DNA from: Oceanispirochaeta sp. | GTDB lineage: Bacteria > Spirochaetota > Spirochaetia > DSM-2461 | Direction of reading: 5' to 3' | NCBI GenBank assembly: GCA_963666275.2 | Contig: CAXXOA010000001.1 | Location: 2,048,001 to 2,112,000, forward strand | Length of the DNA stretch: 64,000 bases | Part shown: one piece after another, positions 1 to 8,824 of the stretch | How positions within the stretch are numbered: the first letter of the stretch is position 1 | Layout: the number at the start of each line of letters is the position of its first letter | Position numbers and translations under genes: made by a program | Notes under the pieces: model-generated | Databases searched by the model: none | What the model was told of the DNA's origin: nothing | Seen by the model: the letters and a program-made list of their open reading frames with translations, nothing else

Positions 1-355
1 CTTCCAGGTGATCTCTCAGTTCTTCAATAGTATCCGACCACATGTACATTTCCAGGATATCACTGTAGAGAAAGGAGGATGAGTTCTCAAAGGTATTGAT
101 GAGAACCTGCTTATTGTTGGTAGCGGCGGCTCCGAGAACATAACTGAACCATTGAGAGCTGAAATCCGATTTTACGGGGAAAAGGATGAAATAATCCGAA
201 TAGAGGAGTCCTTCATTCAGAGCCTTGATGGTACCTCTGTTCCAGGTGTCATCAAAAAAGAAGGCATGAGTCTCGATGAAATACTCATCAAAAAGAGAGG
301 AAACATCAACCAGGAGATCTTTTCTTTCAGGTGAACAAAAAATAGTAATTTTCAT
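1..355 (-). CDS. Partial hypothetical protein (runs off window start); N-terminus resembles a TIR-like fold
   Basis: Not in ORF track. ATG at 355, frame open to position 1: MKITIFCSPERKDLLVDVSSLFDEYF...LLYSDYFILFPVKSDFSSQWFSYVLGAAATNNKQVLI... Confidence 0.7.
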   Translation of the reverse strand, partial: MKITIFCSPERKDLLVDVSSLFDEYFIETHAFFFDDTWNRGTIKALNEGLLYSDYFILFPVKSDFSSQWFSYVLGAAATNNKQVLINTFENSSSFLYSDILEMYMWSDTIEELRDHLE

Positions 356-461
356 ACAGTTCTTTCTATTTTCCTCTGTTTCTTCCGGGAATAATTCTTC
401 TTAACCATTATCGGTTATATATGGTAAAAAATTGAACTGCACGGTACAATTGCCTGAATAT

Positions 462-1796
462 ATGGATAAAGAACAGGAATCTCCGGAACTGGAACAGACC
501 GAAAATGAAGAAAAACTCCTCAACCGGTACATGCAGGAACTTGTAGAAATACAGGACAGCCGATTGCTGACCCGGGAGGATCTGGTAAAACTGGATGAAA
601 AGTACCCCCTTTCCCAGCAGTACAAAGATAAACTGTATATGCTCTCTTCCCGGCATATCACAAGGGCGGAACAGTACAAAAAGCAGGAACGCTGGGACAC
701 GGCCATCATTGAGACTGAAAGGGCTCTCCTTTTCTCTCCTCTGGATGAGCAGCTCCGGCTGGACCTGGCGGAACTCTACCTGAACAGAAGCCGTCAGTAC
801 GGATATCTTGAAAAAGACCTCAGACGATCTGAAGAGAAAATCAAAGAAACATTAACACTTCATCCCAGGAGTAAATCCGCCCTTCGCATGCAGAAGGAGA
901 TGCAGGAACTCTATCGAATTCTGAAAGGGAAGGACCAGAACCGTAAGATGATCCCCATTATCCTCGGAATCCTTCTGATAGTGGGGGCTGTTTCCTATCC
1001 CAGGATCAGACAGTTCCAGTTCTGGGGCAGTCAGGATACCCCTCAGGAGGAGTCTCTCTCTCCGGCAGAAAACAATGACTGGTCCTCCCGGACTCTTCAG
1101 GTGGAAACCACGGACTCACTGAAAGAGAGGATTGATCTTGATATCACTCAGGCGGAAATTGAAAAACGGGACTCAGGATTCGGAATATCCCTGCAGGGAT
1201 ACACAAGAACCGTGTCGGGCCCGCTGGAACAGATGACACTGAAAGTCAGCCTCAAAGGGCGGACAGAACCACTTTTTGAAAAAAGTATTCCCCTCCTCGA
1301 TAAAGACAGCCCGATCCTCTATCCCGAAGAGACTCTCCCCTTTTCGGACTATACCCATCTGACCGATTACGACAGTCAGAGTGATGAACTTTTCATCGAA
1401 CTGGAATCTATCCGGAAATCCGGAATCGATCCTGAAAGTCAGATCTGGGAAACCAGTATGACCCAGTGGGAACTGCCCCAGCCGGAAGGGATAAACCTTG
1501 AATTTCAGACAAGACGGGAAAATTTCCTTGAGGGCTATGACGCCCAGTACCTATATGAAGATATCAGGGTGGTGAACAGAAGCCTCAAAGAAATAGAGGA
1601 CCTTCAGATAGCAGTCCACTGGCTTGATGATTCACAGGCTCTTCTTGCCTCCAGAGAACTGTCCCTGGTCCCCCCGGGGAATCCCTCCATAAGGGGGGAA
1701 TCGATACAGACATACAGGGTCCTTCTGGACTTACCGAAAACACAGATACAGCCTCCGGGATCACCGGCAGTGACAATTCAGCAGATTAAGGAATAA
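462..1796 (+). CDS. Hypothetical membrane-anchored protein with N-terminal TPR-like helices
   Basis: Long ORF (track start 432 TTG; ATG at 462); TPR-like segment WDTAIIETERALLFSP..LRLDLAELY; one TM (MIPIILGILLIVGAVSY). Confidence 0.7.
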   Translation: MDKEQESPELEQTENEEKLLNRYMQELVEIQDSRLLTREDLVKLDEKYPLSQQYKDKLYMLSSRHITRAEQYKKQERWDTAIIETERALLFSPLDEQLRLDLAELYLNRSRQYGYLEKDLRRSEEKIKETLTLHPRSKSALRMQKEMQELYRILKGKDQNRKMIPIILGILLIVGAVSYPRIRQFQFWGSQDTPQEESLSPAENNDWSSRTLQVETTDSLKERIDLDITQAEIEKRDSGFGISLQGYTRTVSGPLEQMTLKVSLKGRTEPLFEKSIPLLDKDSPILYPEETLPFSDYTHLTDYDSQSDELFIELESIRKSGIDPESQIWETSMTQWELPQPEGINLEFQTRRENFLEGYDAQYLYEDIRVVNRSLKEIEDLQIAVHWLDDSQALLASRELSLVPPGNPSIRGESIQTYRVLLDLPKTQIQPPGSPAVTIQQIKE

Positions 1797-1800
1797 CAAT

Positions 1801-2304
1801 ATGGAAAAAACAGAAATCATGAAAATTGATCAGATAGACTGGGACAGCTGGGAAGCGACGGAAACAGCCGTTATAACCTATATACTGAAGGATGAGGAAG
1901 TTCTGCTGATCCATAAAAAAAAGGGTCTGGGCGCGGGAATGATCAATGCTCCCGGGGGCCATATCGAAGAGGGAGAAACACCCGAAGAGGCTGCCATCCG
2001 GGAGACAAGGGAAGAAGTAGGTCTTGAAACGGAGAACCTGATTTTTTCAGGAGATCTTTTTTTCCATTTCACCAACGGACTGAAACTGAGGGGAACTGTC
2101 TTTCTCTGCCGGGACTTTTCAGGGGATCTGATTGAAACCGATGAAGCGGATCCTTTCTGGTGCTCTCTGAAAGAGATCCCCTGGGACAGGATGTGGGAAG
2201 ACGACCGTTACTGGCTTCCCCGAGCTCTGGAAGGAGAGCAGTTTACAGGACGATTCCTTTTCGACGGTGAAAAGATGATGGATTATGAGCTCCGTTTTTT
2301 ATGA
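1801..2304 (+). CDS. NUDIX hydrolase, MutT/MTH1-like 8-oxo-dGTP diphosphatase
   Basis: Nudix box GGHIEEGETPEEAAIRETREEVG; MTH1-like MWEDDRYWLP. Confidence 0.85.
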   Translation: MEKTEIMKIDQIDWDSWEATETAVITYILKDEEVLLIHKKKGLGAGMINAPGGHIEEGETPEEAAIRETREEVGLETENLIFSGDLFFHFTNGLKLRGTVFLCRDFSGDLIETDEADPFWCSLKEIPWDRMWEDDRYWLPRALEGEQFTGRFLFDGEKMMDYELRFL

Positions 2305-2589
2305 TTTCTGGCTCTGATTATAGAGGTCAAGCATTTTCCCGAAGGGGGAATCCTCTTTTTTAAGTTCCTTGGATCCCCTTGTTATTTTACAGAGACTCAG
2401 TCCCAGTTTTTCTGCGATTTTTCTCTGGGACATTCCTTCCCTTATGAGTTTCACCAGGGCCCAGCGTGTTGCCATTTCGTGTGTTTCATTCTCTGTGAGC
2501 AGACCGTTGCAGAGAAAATCGTATATAAGTTCCACATCATCACAGGCAGCCAATGCCCGGGACATCTCTTTTATTGAATCATTATCCAT
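2299..2589 (-). CDS. trpR: Trp repressor (TrpR/YerC family)
   Basis: LLTENE...RW..VKLI.EGMSQRKIAEKLGLSLCKITRGSKELK matches the TrpR HTH; ATG 2589 overlaps the upstream stop. Confidence 0.8.
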   Translation of the reverse strand: MDNDSIKEMSRALAACDDVELIYDFLCNGLLTENETHEMATRWALVKLIREGMSQRKIAEKLGLSLCKITRGSKELKKEDSPFGKMLDLYNQSQKS

Positions 2590-3979
2590 CACTGTTCTCC
2601 TGCTGGGGTGTTTTGAGGAACTCCTGCTCCAATCCGAAATCATGGATTTTCCGGTGCAGGGTTTTCCGGCCGATACCGAGGATTTCGGCGGCTTTGCTTT
2701 TATTGCCGTTCACATGGCTGAGGGTCGACCGGATGATGGCTTTTTCGGATTCAGCCATATTTGTTCCCAGTTTGATCTTGATATACCCGTCTTCCGCCCC
2801 TTCTCTTATGGCAGGTGGCAGATCTTCGCTCATGATAAAATGTCCCCGACAGAGGACAACGGCGCTTTCGATACAGTTCCTGAGCTCCCGTACATTTCCG
2901 GGCCAGGAGTAATTGTGCAGCGCCATGGCAGCCTTATTATCAATTCCCTCAATTGACTTCCCGTTCTCCTCGTTGAACTCTTTCAGAAAAGCACTCACGA
3001 GAAGAGGTATGTCCTCTTTACGTTCTCTCAGCGGGGGAATATGAATATTGACAACATTCAGCCTGTAGTAGAGGTCCTCCCGGAAGTTTCCCTTTTCGAT
3101 CTCCTCTTTCAGATCACGGTTGGTCGCCGCAATTAGACGGGTATCGATTTTCACAGTCTGGGTTCCTCCGACTCTCTCAAACTCCCGCTCCTGAAGGACT
3201 CTCAGAATTTTTATCTGTACCGACTGATTTATCTCTCCGATCTCATCCAGAAAAATGGAACCCTTGTCGGAGAGCTCAAACCGTCCCTTCCTCTGGGAAA
3301 CGGCTCCTGTAAAGGCCCCTTTTTCATGACCGAAAAGTTCGCTCTCCAGAAGGGATTCGGAAAGGGCCGCACAATGGACTTTGACAAGGGGATATTCCTC
3401 CCTGTTGGACTGATTATGGATGGCTTCGGCAACGAGTTCCTTTCCGACGCCGCTCTCACCGGTAATAAGAACAGAAGCTTTTGTGGAAGCCACCTGGGAT
3501 ATCAGTTCAAAAACCTTCTGCATCTGACTGCTTTTTCCGATAAACCTGGCTGTACTCTTTTTGCTCTCAAGCCGGGCGACCTCTTCCTGGAGTTCCCTGT
3601 GTTTCAGAACCAGCTCCCGGGAGGAAAGCGCCCTTTTGGCCAGAAGCGACAGATGGTCCAGATTGACAGGTTTGGTCAGAAAATCATAGGCCCCGTCTCT
3701 CATGGCCTTTACGGCGTTTTCGACAGTTCCATGCCCTGTCAGAATAATAACAGGAACTGTGGGATAGGCGGAAGAGACCTTTTTAAGGAGTTCTTCTCCC
3801 GAAACCCTGGGCATCCTCAAATCTGTTATGACAAGATCGATTTCAGATTTCACCATGATTTTCATGGCTTCGCTGCCCTCTTCGGCCAGATGGACATTGT
3901 AGCCGTCCATTTCGAGAGATTTTCCCAGGCCTACCCTGATATTTTTTTCATCATCAACAACAAGTATATTAAATTTCAT
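2582..3979 (-). CDS. Sigma54-dependent response regulator (REC-AAA+-Fis HTH; NtrC/Rrp2-like)
   Basis: REC (VVDDE, DLRMP), GESGVGKE, ESELFGHEKGAFTGA, FLDEIGE, WPGNVREL, C-terminal HTH. Confidence 0.95.
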   Translation of the reverse strand: MKFNILVVDDEKNIRVGLGKSLEMDGYNVHLAEEGSEAMKIMVKSEIDLVITDLRMPRVSGEELLKKVSSAYPTVPVIILTGHGTVENAVKAMRDGAYDFLTKPVNLDHLSLLAKRALSSRELVLKHRELQEEVARLESKKSTARFIGKSSQMQKVFELISQVASTKASVLITGESGVGKELVAEAIHNQSNREEYPLVKVHCAALSESLLESELFGHEKGAFTGAVSQRKGRFELSDKGSIFLDEIGEINQSVQIKILRVLQEREFERVGGTQTVKIDTRLIAATNRDLKEEIEKGNFREDLYYRLNVVNIHIPPLRERKEDIPLLVSAFLKEFNEENGKSIEGIDNKAAMALHNYSWPGNVRELRNCIESAVVLCRGHFIMSEDLPPAIREGAEDGYIKIKLGTNMAESEKAIIRSTLSHVNGNKSKAAEILGIGRKTLHRKIHDFGLEQEFLKTPQQENSDG

Positions 3980-5153
3980 CCTCAGCCCCTTCCCAGCTCA
4001 GCAGTTTTTTCTCCTTCTGCGGTATGGGAAAATCCATTGTGAAGGTTGTTCCCAGATCCTCTTTGGAATGGACATGGATCTCCCCTCCGTGCTCTTTTAT
4101 CACTTTATAGACAAGAGTCAGTCCCAGTCCCGAACCATTGTCCTTTGTCGTGAAATAGGGTTCGAAAATCTTACTGATCAGGTCCTGGGGAATGCCTCTT
4201 CCCGTATCGCTGATTTTGAGGACAACCTGACCATTTTTCACATAGGTACTGATGGAAAGGACTCCTCCGTCCGGCATGGCGGCCATGGCATTTTTCACAA
4301 TGTTAAGAAGAGCCTGCTTCATGAGTTTTTCATCAATGGGTATCTCAGGCAGCTGATTCAGGAGCTCTTCCTCCAGCTGGATCCCCTGTTCAAGGAGTTC
4401 ATACTGGACAAAAGTAATGAGTTCCTGAATGAGCTCGTTCAGGTTTCCCGGGACGGGGTTGGTATCCATGGGCCTTACGGCAAACAGATAATCCACCACG
4501 ATGGAATTCAGCCTGTCCACCTCTTCGCTTATGATGCTCAGATAGTCCTCCATATCCTCCTTGCAGGTATCCCCTTCGGAAGACAGGAGTTTCTGCATCA
4601 GCTGAAGATGGATACTGATGCTGCCCAGTGGATTTTTTATCTCATGGGCCACTCCGGCAGCCATGGTAGTCAGAGAAGCCAGACTTTCCGCCCTTCTGAG
4701 CCGGGCCTCTTCCGCCCGCTGGTCACTCACATCCTCCACATAGACAAAATCGCCCTGAATCCGCCCCTTCCTGACCACCGGCATAACCCCCACGGAAAGA
4801 GTGATATCCCGGGAGGGGGTCTCAAGGGTAAAATCCTTGGGCTTTATATTTCCCATATCCGTAAGGGAAAATTTGATAAAGCTGGCGATATCCCTGTCCA
4901 GAATGGCATCCCATACCAGCATATCCGTATAGTCTCCCTGAATCATGGGAAGCATCCTTCTGACGGGGATGTTCATAAACTGTATCTGGTGATCCGGCTT
5001 GGCCACAATGACCCCGTAGGGAAGAGAGGACAGAACCATTTCAAGCAGCTCGATGTCCTTCACTTCTTCAGCCAGAACATCAATCAGGTTTTTTATCTGC
5101 CTTTCATCCAGTTTGGGGAGTGACTGTATAGCTCGTTTAACAAAATGCCTCAT
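3969..5153 (-). CDS. Cytoplasmic PAS sensor histidine kinase (NtrB/Hk2-like)
   Basis: H-box AHEIKNPL, N-box NIVKNA, DTGRGI, FTTK..GSGLGL; no TM; overlaps the RR. Confidence 0.93.
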   Translation of the reverse strand: MRHFVKRAIQSLPKLDERQIKNLIDVLAEEVKDIELLEMVLSSLPYGVIVAKPDHQIQFMNIPVRRMLPMIQGDYTDMLVWDAILDRDIASFIKFSLTDMGNIKPKDFTLETPSRDITLSVGVMPVVRKGRIQGDFVYVEDVSDQRAEEARLRRAESLASLTTMAAGVAHEIKNPLGSISIHLQLMQKLLSSEGDTCKEDMEDYLSIISEEVDRLNSIVVDYLFAVRPMDTNPVPGNLNELIQELITFVQYELLEQGIQLEEELLNQLPEIPIDEKLMKQALLNIVKNAMAAMPDGGVLSISTYVKNGQVVLKISDTGRGIPQDLISKIFEPYFTTKDNGSGLGLTLVYKVIKEHGGEIHVHSKEDLGTTFTMDFPIPQKEKKLLSWEGAEDEI

Positions 5154-6345
5154 AAATATCTCTTGTTTTATAAAATAAGCATTCCAGAAGGAAAAGTGAA
5201 TTCTGATTGAAAACTTCTGAATTTGTATGGCTTGTGTTGATCTCTTTCAGAACTTTCTTGAGGAGCGTCTGACCCGACACGGTACCATAAAGTTCCGGAT
5301 CTTCTCTGAAACGCATATGGATCTCCACCGAAAGGAGTTCCAGGAAATTTTTCAGAATGGTTTTATCCCTGTTGTTATCCATAAACTGAAAGAGATCGTC
5401 CAGGTCTGTAATGGATCCTCTTGTAAAGGCCGCATCAAGAAAGTTCCTGACATGCCCTTTCAGGAAGGTATAGTCCAGATCGCTCCACTCCTGAAAATAG
5501 TCTTTGAGAGTCATCTTTTCCTGATCGATTCTGTAGAGTTTCTGAAGGATCATATGGGATATTTCAGGAGTCCGGGGTTTGAAATCAAAAGCTCTGACCC
5601 GGGATAGTATGGTGGGGATGATATTTCCCTTCCTTTCGGCAGTCAGAATAAAGGTGACATGGGCCGGAGGTTCTTCCAGAATTTTCAGTAGCGAGTTGCT
5701 GCCGCTCTCCTGCAGTTTATCCACCTCTTCCAGAATGATGATTTTATCTGTCCCCGAACTGGTATGATGAGCCCATTTGCTCAGGTTCCTGATCTGATCT
5801 ACCGGAATCGTTGCCGGAACAGCAGGGACAAGATTTCTGGCAAGAGAAATGGTATCGTCTATTACTTTCTGCAGCTCCTCATCAGGAGGAAGCTCCTTAC
5901 CCGGATCCAGAATCTCAAGGTTCTCAGAAAGCCTGGACAGGCTGCTTGTGTAGCGGGAGAGTTTCTTCTCCATCCCTTCCCAGATCATGGGTTCAAACCT
6001 CTTCAGCAGCTTTCTGATGTTTCTGATAAACATAAACTGGGCAAAGAGAGCCCTGGTTCTGACAAGAAGATCCGCAGAAGCTTTTATTTCCGATATGAAA
6101 TAGCGATTCCCCAGTATGACCATATCAGGATTCACAACCATGCGGTGACTCCTGCAGGCCTTGCAGTCGCACTCCCAGAACCCCTCCTTCCGGCAGGTAA
6201 TAGCCCTGGCCAGCTCCAGCGCGGTGGTTAGCTTTCCGGCATAGGGTTCTCCTGTGAAAAGGATCGCATTGGGTAAATTCTTTTTTTCCAGGGCCTTTTT
6301 CAGCTGGTCCCTGACGACATCCTGTCCAATTATATTTTCAAACAA
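5137..6345 (-). CDS. DNA polymerase III clamp loader subunit, delta-prime (HolB)-like
   Basis: FENIIGQ, degenerate Walker A GEPYAGKL, Cys cluster C..CDCKAC, NSLLKILEEPP, IPTILSR. Confidence 0.8.
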   Translation of the reverse strand: MFENIIGQDVVRDQLKKALEKKNLPNAILFTGEPYAGKLTTALELARAITCRKEGFWECDCKACRSHRMVVNPDMVILGNRYFISEIKASADLLVRTRALFAQFMFIRNIRKLLKRFEPMIWEGMEKKLSRYTSSLSRLSENLEILDPGKELPPDEELQKVIDDTISLARNLVPAVPATIPVDQIRNLSKWAHHTSSGTDKIIILEEVDKLQESGSNSLLKILEEPPAHVTFILTAERKGNIIPTILSRVRAFDFKPRTPEISHMILQKLYRIDQEKMTLKDYFQEWSDLDYTFLKGHVRNFLDAAFTRGSITDLDDLFQFMDNNRDKTILKNFLELLSVEIHMRFREDPELYGTVSGQTLLKKVLKEINTSHTNSEVFNQNSLFLLECLFYKTRDIYEAFC

Positions 6346-6354
6346 AAGTGAGCC

Positions 6355-6849
6355 TCAAATATTCATTTGTTCCAGAATTCTCTGGCCGGAAATATCAAGC
6401 GCCGGGAGAAACCGTTCCATATAGGGAATCAGTTCCGATCCTTTGACAATGCCGGACATATCAAAAAAGGTCTGGAAATTGATAAGATAAACAACGAGAA
6501 AGACAATCAGGAGCCCCTCTAGAAGGCCGAAGAAGAATCCAAGGAGTTTATCCATCCCTTCCATAGCCGAGTCGTCTACAAGTTTTACAACACCTTTCTG
6601 CAGTAATTTGAAAACGATAAAGCTTACCAGAAAAATACAGGCAAAAGCTATTATATAGGCAATATCCTCCAGTGAGGAGCGCTGTTGAATCCACCGGGCT
6701 CCGTCACTATAGAATACGGTAGACAGAAGGAGACTGATAAAAAGAGAAGCCAGGGATAAAATTTCTGCAATCATACCGACATAAGCCCCTCTGAGAGAGG
6801 CTATCAGAATAATGAGAACAAAAATTATATCTATAAGAGACAGGCTCAT
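6355..6849 (-). CDS. cvpA: CvpA family membrane protein
   Basis: IDIIF...RG...G...EILSL; DKLLGFFFGLLEG; four hydrophobic segments. Confidence 0.8.
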   Translation of the reverse strand: MSLSLIDIIFVLIILIASLRGAYVGMIAEILSLASLFISLLLSTVFYSDGARWIQQRSSLEDIAYIIAFACIFLVSFIVFKLLQKGVVKLVDDSAMEGMDKLLGFFFGLLEGLLIVFLVVYLINFQTFFDMSGIVKGSELIPYMERFLPALDISGQRILEQMNI

Positions 6850-7934
6850 ATTTTCTCCTCTTTATGTATGTATTCGAGAATCACATCTGCCGCGGGAACC
6901 CTGATAAAATCATTGGCTGCAGACTTCATGGATTTCAGCTTATCTTCATCATTCAATATACCATAGATCTCACGGATAAAAATATCCCGGTCTGTATTAT
7001 CCGGGAGGATTACGGACAATCCCGCGGAAGCAAATACTCCGGCATTCTTTATCTGATCCCCCCGGGATCCGCTGACAAGGGGCAGCAGGAGAGAGGGTGT
7101 CCCTGCAGCGGCCAGTTCCCAGAGTGTACCCGCTCCGGCCCGGGATACTGCCAGGTCGGCTTTACGGAAAATGGCCGGAAGCTCCTCATTGATAAAAGGA
7201 AGAGGAAGGTAAAAGGGGTTATCTGAAGGTTTGTAGTTTTTTTCCCCCATCTGATGAATGACAAAAAACTCTTCTGTCAGTGTCTCCAGAGACTTTTCCA
7301 CAAGGCCGTTCAGCTGTTCCGCGCCCAGACTGCCTCCGATCACGACAATCAGCTTTCTGCCCTGTATTTTCTGTTCCAGATCTTCAGGAAGTGTCAGATC
7401 TGAATTGGAAAACTCCTCTCTCACCGGATTCCCGCTGACAACCAGCCTGGGAGCGTATTTCTGTGAAAAGAAACGGAGGCTCTCCTTATAGGGAACAAAT
7501 ATCCGTCGGGCAAAGCGGCTGTTAATTCTGGTGGCAAGACCGGGATCCACATCCGAATCATGGGTCAGGACAGGTATCTTCAAAAGGAAGGCTGCCATAA
7601 CAGGCGGTACACTCACAAATCCGCCTTTGGAGAAAAGGAGAGCCGGCCTTAAACGGCTCAGAAGGAAAAAGGACTGGAAGAAGCCCAGGAGGATCCGGAA
7701 GATATCTGTAAAATTCCGCAGGGAGAAATATCGTCTCAGTTTGCCTGTGCTGACCGAGTGATAGGAGAGTGCCCAGTTCTGAACAAGATTTTTCTCTATT
7801 CCCCTATGGGAACCTATCCAGTGAATATCATATCCCTGTTTCTGCAGTTTCCGGATGACAGGCAGAGCCGGATAAACGTGGCCCCCCGTCCCTCCTCCCG
7901 TGACGGCAATGATCTTCTGTTCCTGTGGTCCCAA
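6846..7934 (-). CDS. murG: MurG lipid II GlcNAc transferase
   Basis: TGGGTGGHVYP, KGGFVSVP, GNPVR, GGSLGA, SRAGAGT; probable TTG start at 7934 behind AAAGGAG (track start 7997). Confidence 0.93.
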   Translation of the reverse strand: MGPQEQKIIAVTGGGTGGHVYPALPVIRKLQKQGYDIHWIGSHRGIEKNLVQNWALSYHSVSTGKLRRYFSLRNFTDIFRILLGFFQSFFLLSRLRPALLFSKGGFVSVPPVMAAFLLKIPVLTHDSDVDPGLATRINSRFARRIFVPYKESLRFFSQKYAPRLVVSGNPVREEFSNSDLTLPEDLEQKIQGRKLIVVIGGSLGAEQLNGLVEKSLETLTEEFFVIHQMGEKNYKPSDNPFYLPLPFINEELPAIFRKADLAVSRAGAGTLWELAAAGTPSLLLPLVSGSRGDQIKNAGVFASAGLSVILPDNTDRDIFIREIYGILNDEDKLKSMKSAANDFIRVPAADVILEYIHKEEKI

Positions 7935-8091
7935 AAAAAGTACTCCTTTCTGCTGCGGAAGCAATAATAATTGCCTAAACCTTACAATACCTGACAAAAA
8001 TAATCCATAAATATTTCTTAAGGAATTTCTTTAATTCTGCCGTGCCCTGTGTTATAATATTAATTGTAACAAGCATATGAGGAGGATAGAT

Positions 8092-8184
8092 ATGAATGAC
8101 AATCCACCTAAAACATTAAGCCGGTATACCGGCCTGTCAGATGCATTTTTCAACAGTATTTTCAAGGGAATACTGATACAATAA
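8092..8184 (+). CDS. Putative 30-aa small protein MNDNPPKTLSRYTGLSDAFFNSIFKGILIQ
   Basis: AGGAGG RBS at 8080-8085, TATAAT at 8053-8058, terminator directly downstream. Confidence 0.55.
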   Translation: MNDNPPKTLSRYTGLSDAFFNSIFKGILIQ

Positions 8185-8218
8185 AAGTGTGATATCGCTT
8201 CAGCAAGCGAGTCCGAAC

Positions 8219-8246
8219 AGCCGGCAATTGCCGGCTATTTTTTTTA
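8219..8246 (+). terminator. Rho-independent terminator
   Basis: AGCCGGC-AATT-GCCGGCT followed by a T-run. Confidence 0.75.
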
Positions 8247-8343
8247 TAACGCCAAGGCCCGGACGCAGATCAATCGGGGAATAGCAGGATTGTCAGATTG
8301 AACCTTAAAGACCTGGAGAGATTCCTGCTGTGGATGGGATTAT

Positions 8344-8377
8344 AAATAAAAAACAGGATCTCCGAGGATCCTGTTTT
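8344..8377 (-). terminator. Terminator of the tRNA-Val cluster
   Basis: AAAACAGGATC...GATCCTGTTTT stem; T-run on minus strand. Confidence 0.75.
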
Positions 8378-8379
8378 AA

Positions 8380-8452
8380 TGGGCGATGAGGGACTTGAAC
8401 CCCCGACATCCTGCTTGTAAGGCAGGCGCTCTCCCAACTGAGCTAATCGCCC
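8380..8452 (-). tRNA. tRNA-Val(TAC), copy 3
   Basis: GGGCGATTAGCTCAGTTGGGAGAGCGCCTGCCTTACAAGCAGGATGTCGGGGGTTCAAGTCCCTCATCGCCCA cloverleaf; CCA not encoded. Confidence 0.95.
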
Positions 8453-8521
8453 TTGATAATTTCAAAAACAAAACTGAATCAATTCCAGGCGGTTCCCGAA
8501 GAATCCGTCCCGGAAAAGCTA

Positions 8522-8594
8522 TGGGCGATGAGGGACTTGAACCCCCGACATCCTGCTTGTAAGGCAGGCGCTCTCCCAACTGAGCTAATCGCCC
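8522..8594 (-). tRNA. tRNA-Val(TAC), copy 2
   Basis: Identical 73-nt copy. Confidence 0.95.
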
Positions 8595-8663
8595 TTGATA
8601 ATTTCAAAAACAAAACTGAATCAATTCCAAACGGTTCCCATAGGATCCGTCCCGGAAAAGCTA

Positions 8664-8736
8664 TGGGCGATGAGGGACTTGAACCCCCGACATCCTGCTT
8701 GTAAGGCAGGCGCTCTCCCAACTGAGCTAATCGCCC
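8664..8736 (-). tRNA. tRNA-Val(TAC), copy 1
   Basis: Identical 73-nt copy. Confidence 0.95.
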
Positions 8737-8756
8737 TTATCTGTGCAACGATCAGG

Positions 8757-8785
8757 ACTTTACCATATGGTTCCTGACTGGTCAA
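8757..8785 (-). promoter_or_regulatory. Sigma70 promoter for the tRNA-Val cluster
   Basis: Minus strand TTGACC-N17-TAAAGT, about 20 nt upstream of the first tRNA. Confidence 0.65.
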
Positions 8786-8824
8786 TAGCTTTTGAAAAAA
8801 AAAGGCTTTTCCACTTTTCCCCTC

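Larger units (their letters stand above)
8380..8736. repeat. 142-bp-period tandem repeat (tRNA plus 69-bp spacer)
   Basis: Copies start at 8380, 8522, 8664; the two spacers differ at about 5 positions. Confidence 0.9.

Noticed and set aside
152..334. 60-aa plus-strand ORF
   Set aside because: Antisense to the longer minus-strand frame starting at 355
8380..8736. Regular repeats as a possible CRISPR array for the cas2-like gene
   Set aside because: The repeats are 73-nt tRNAs and the spacers are near-identical; no repeat/unique-spacer array was seen in the window
8376..8777. Four short ORFs in the track
   Set aside because: Translations of tRNA genes and spacers
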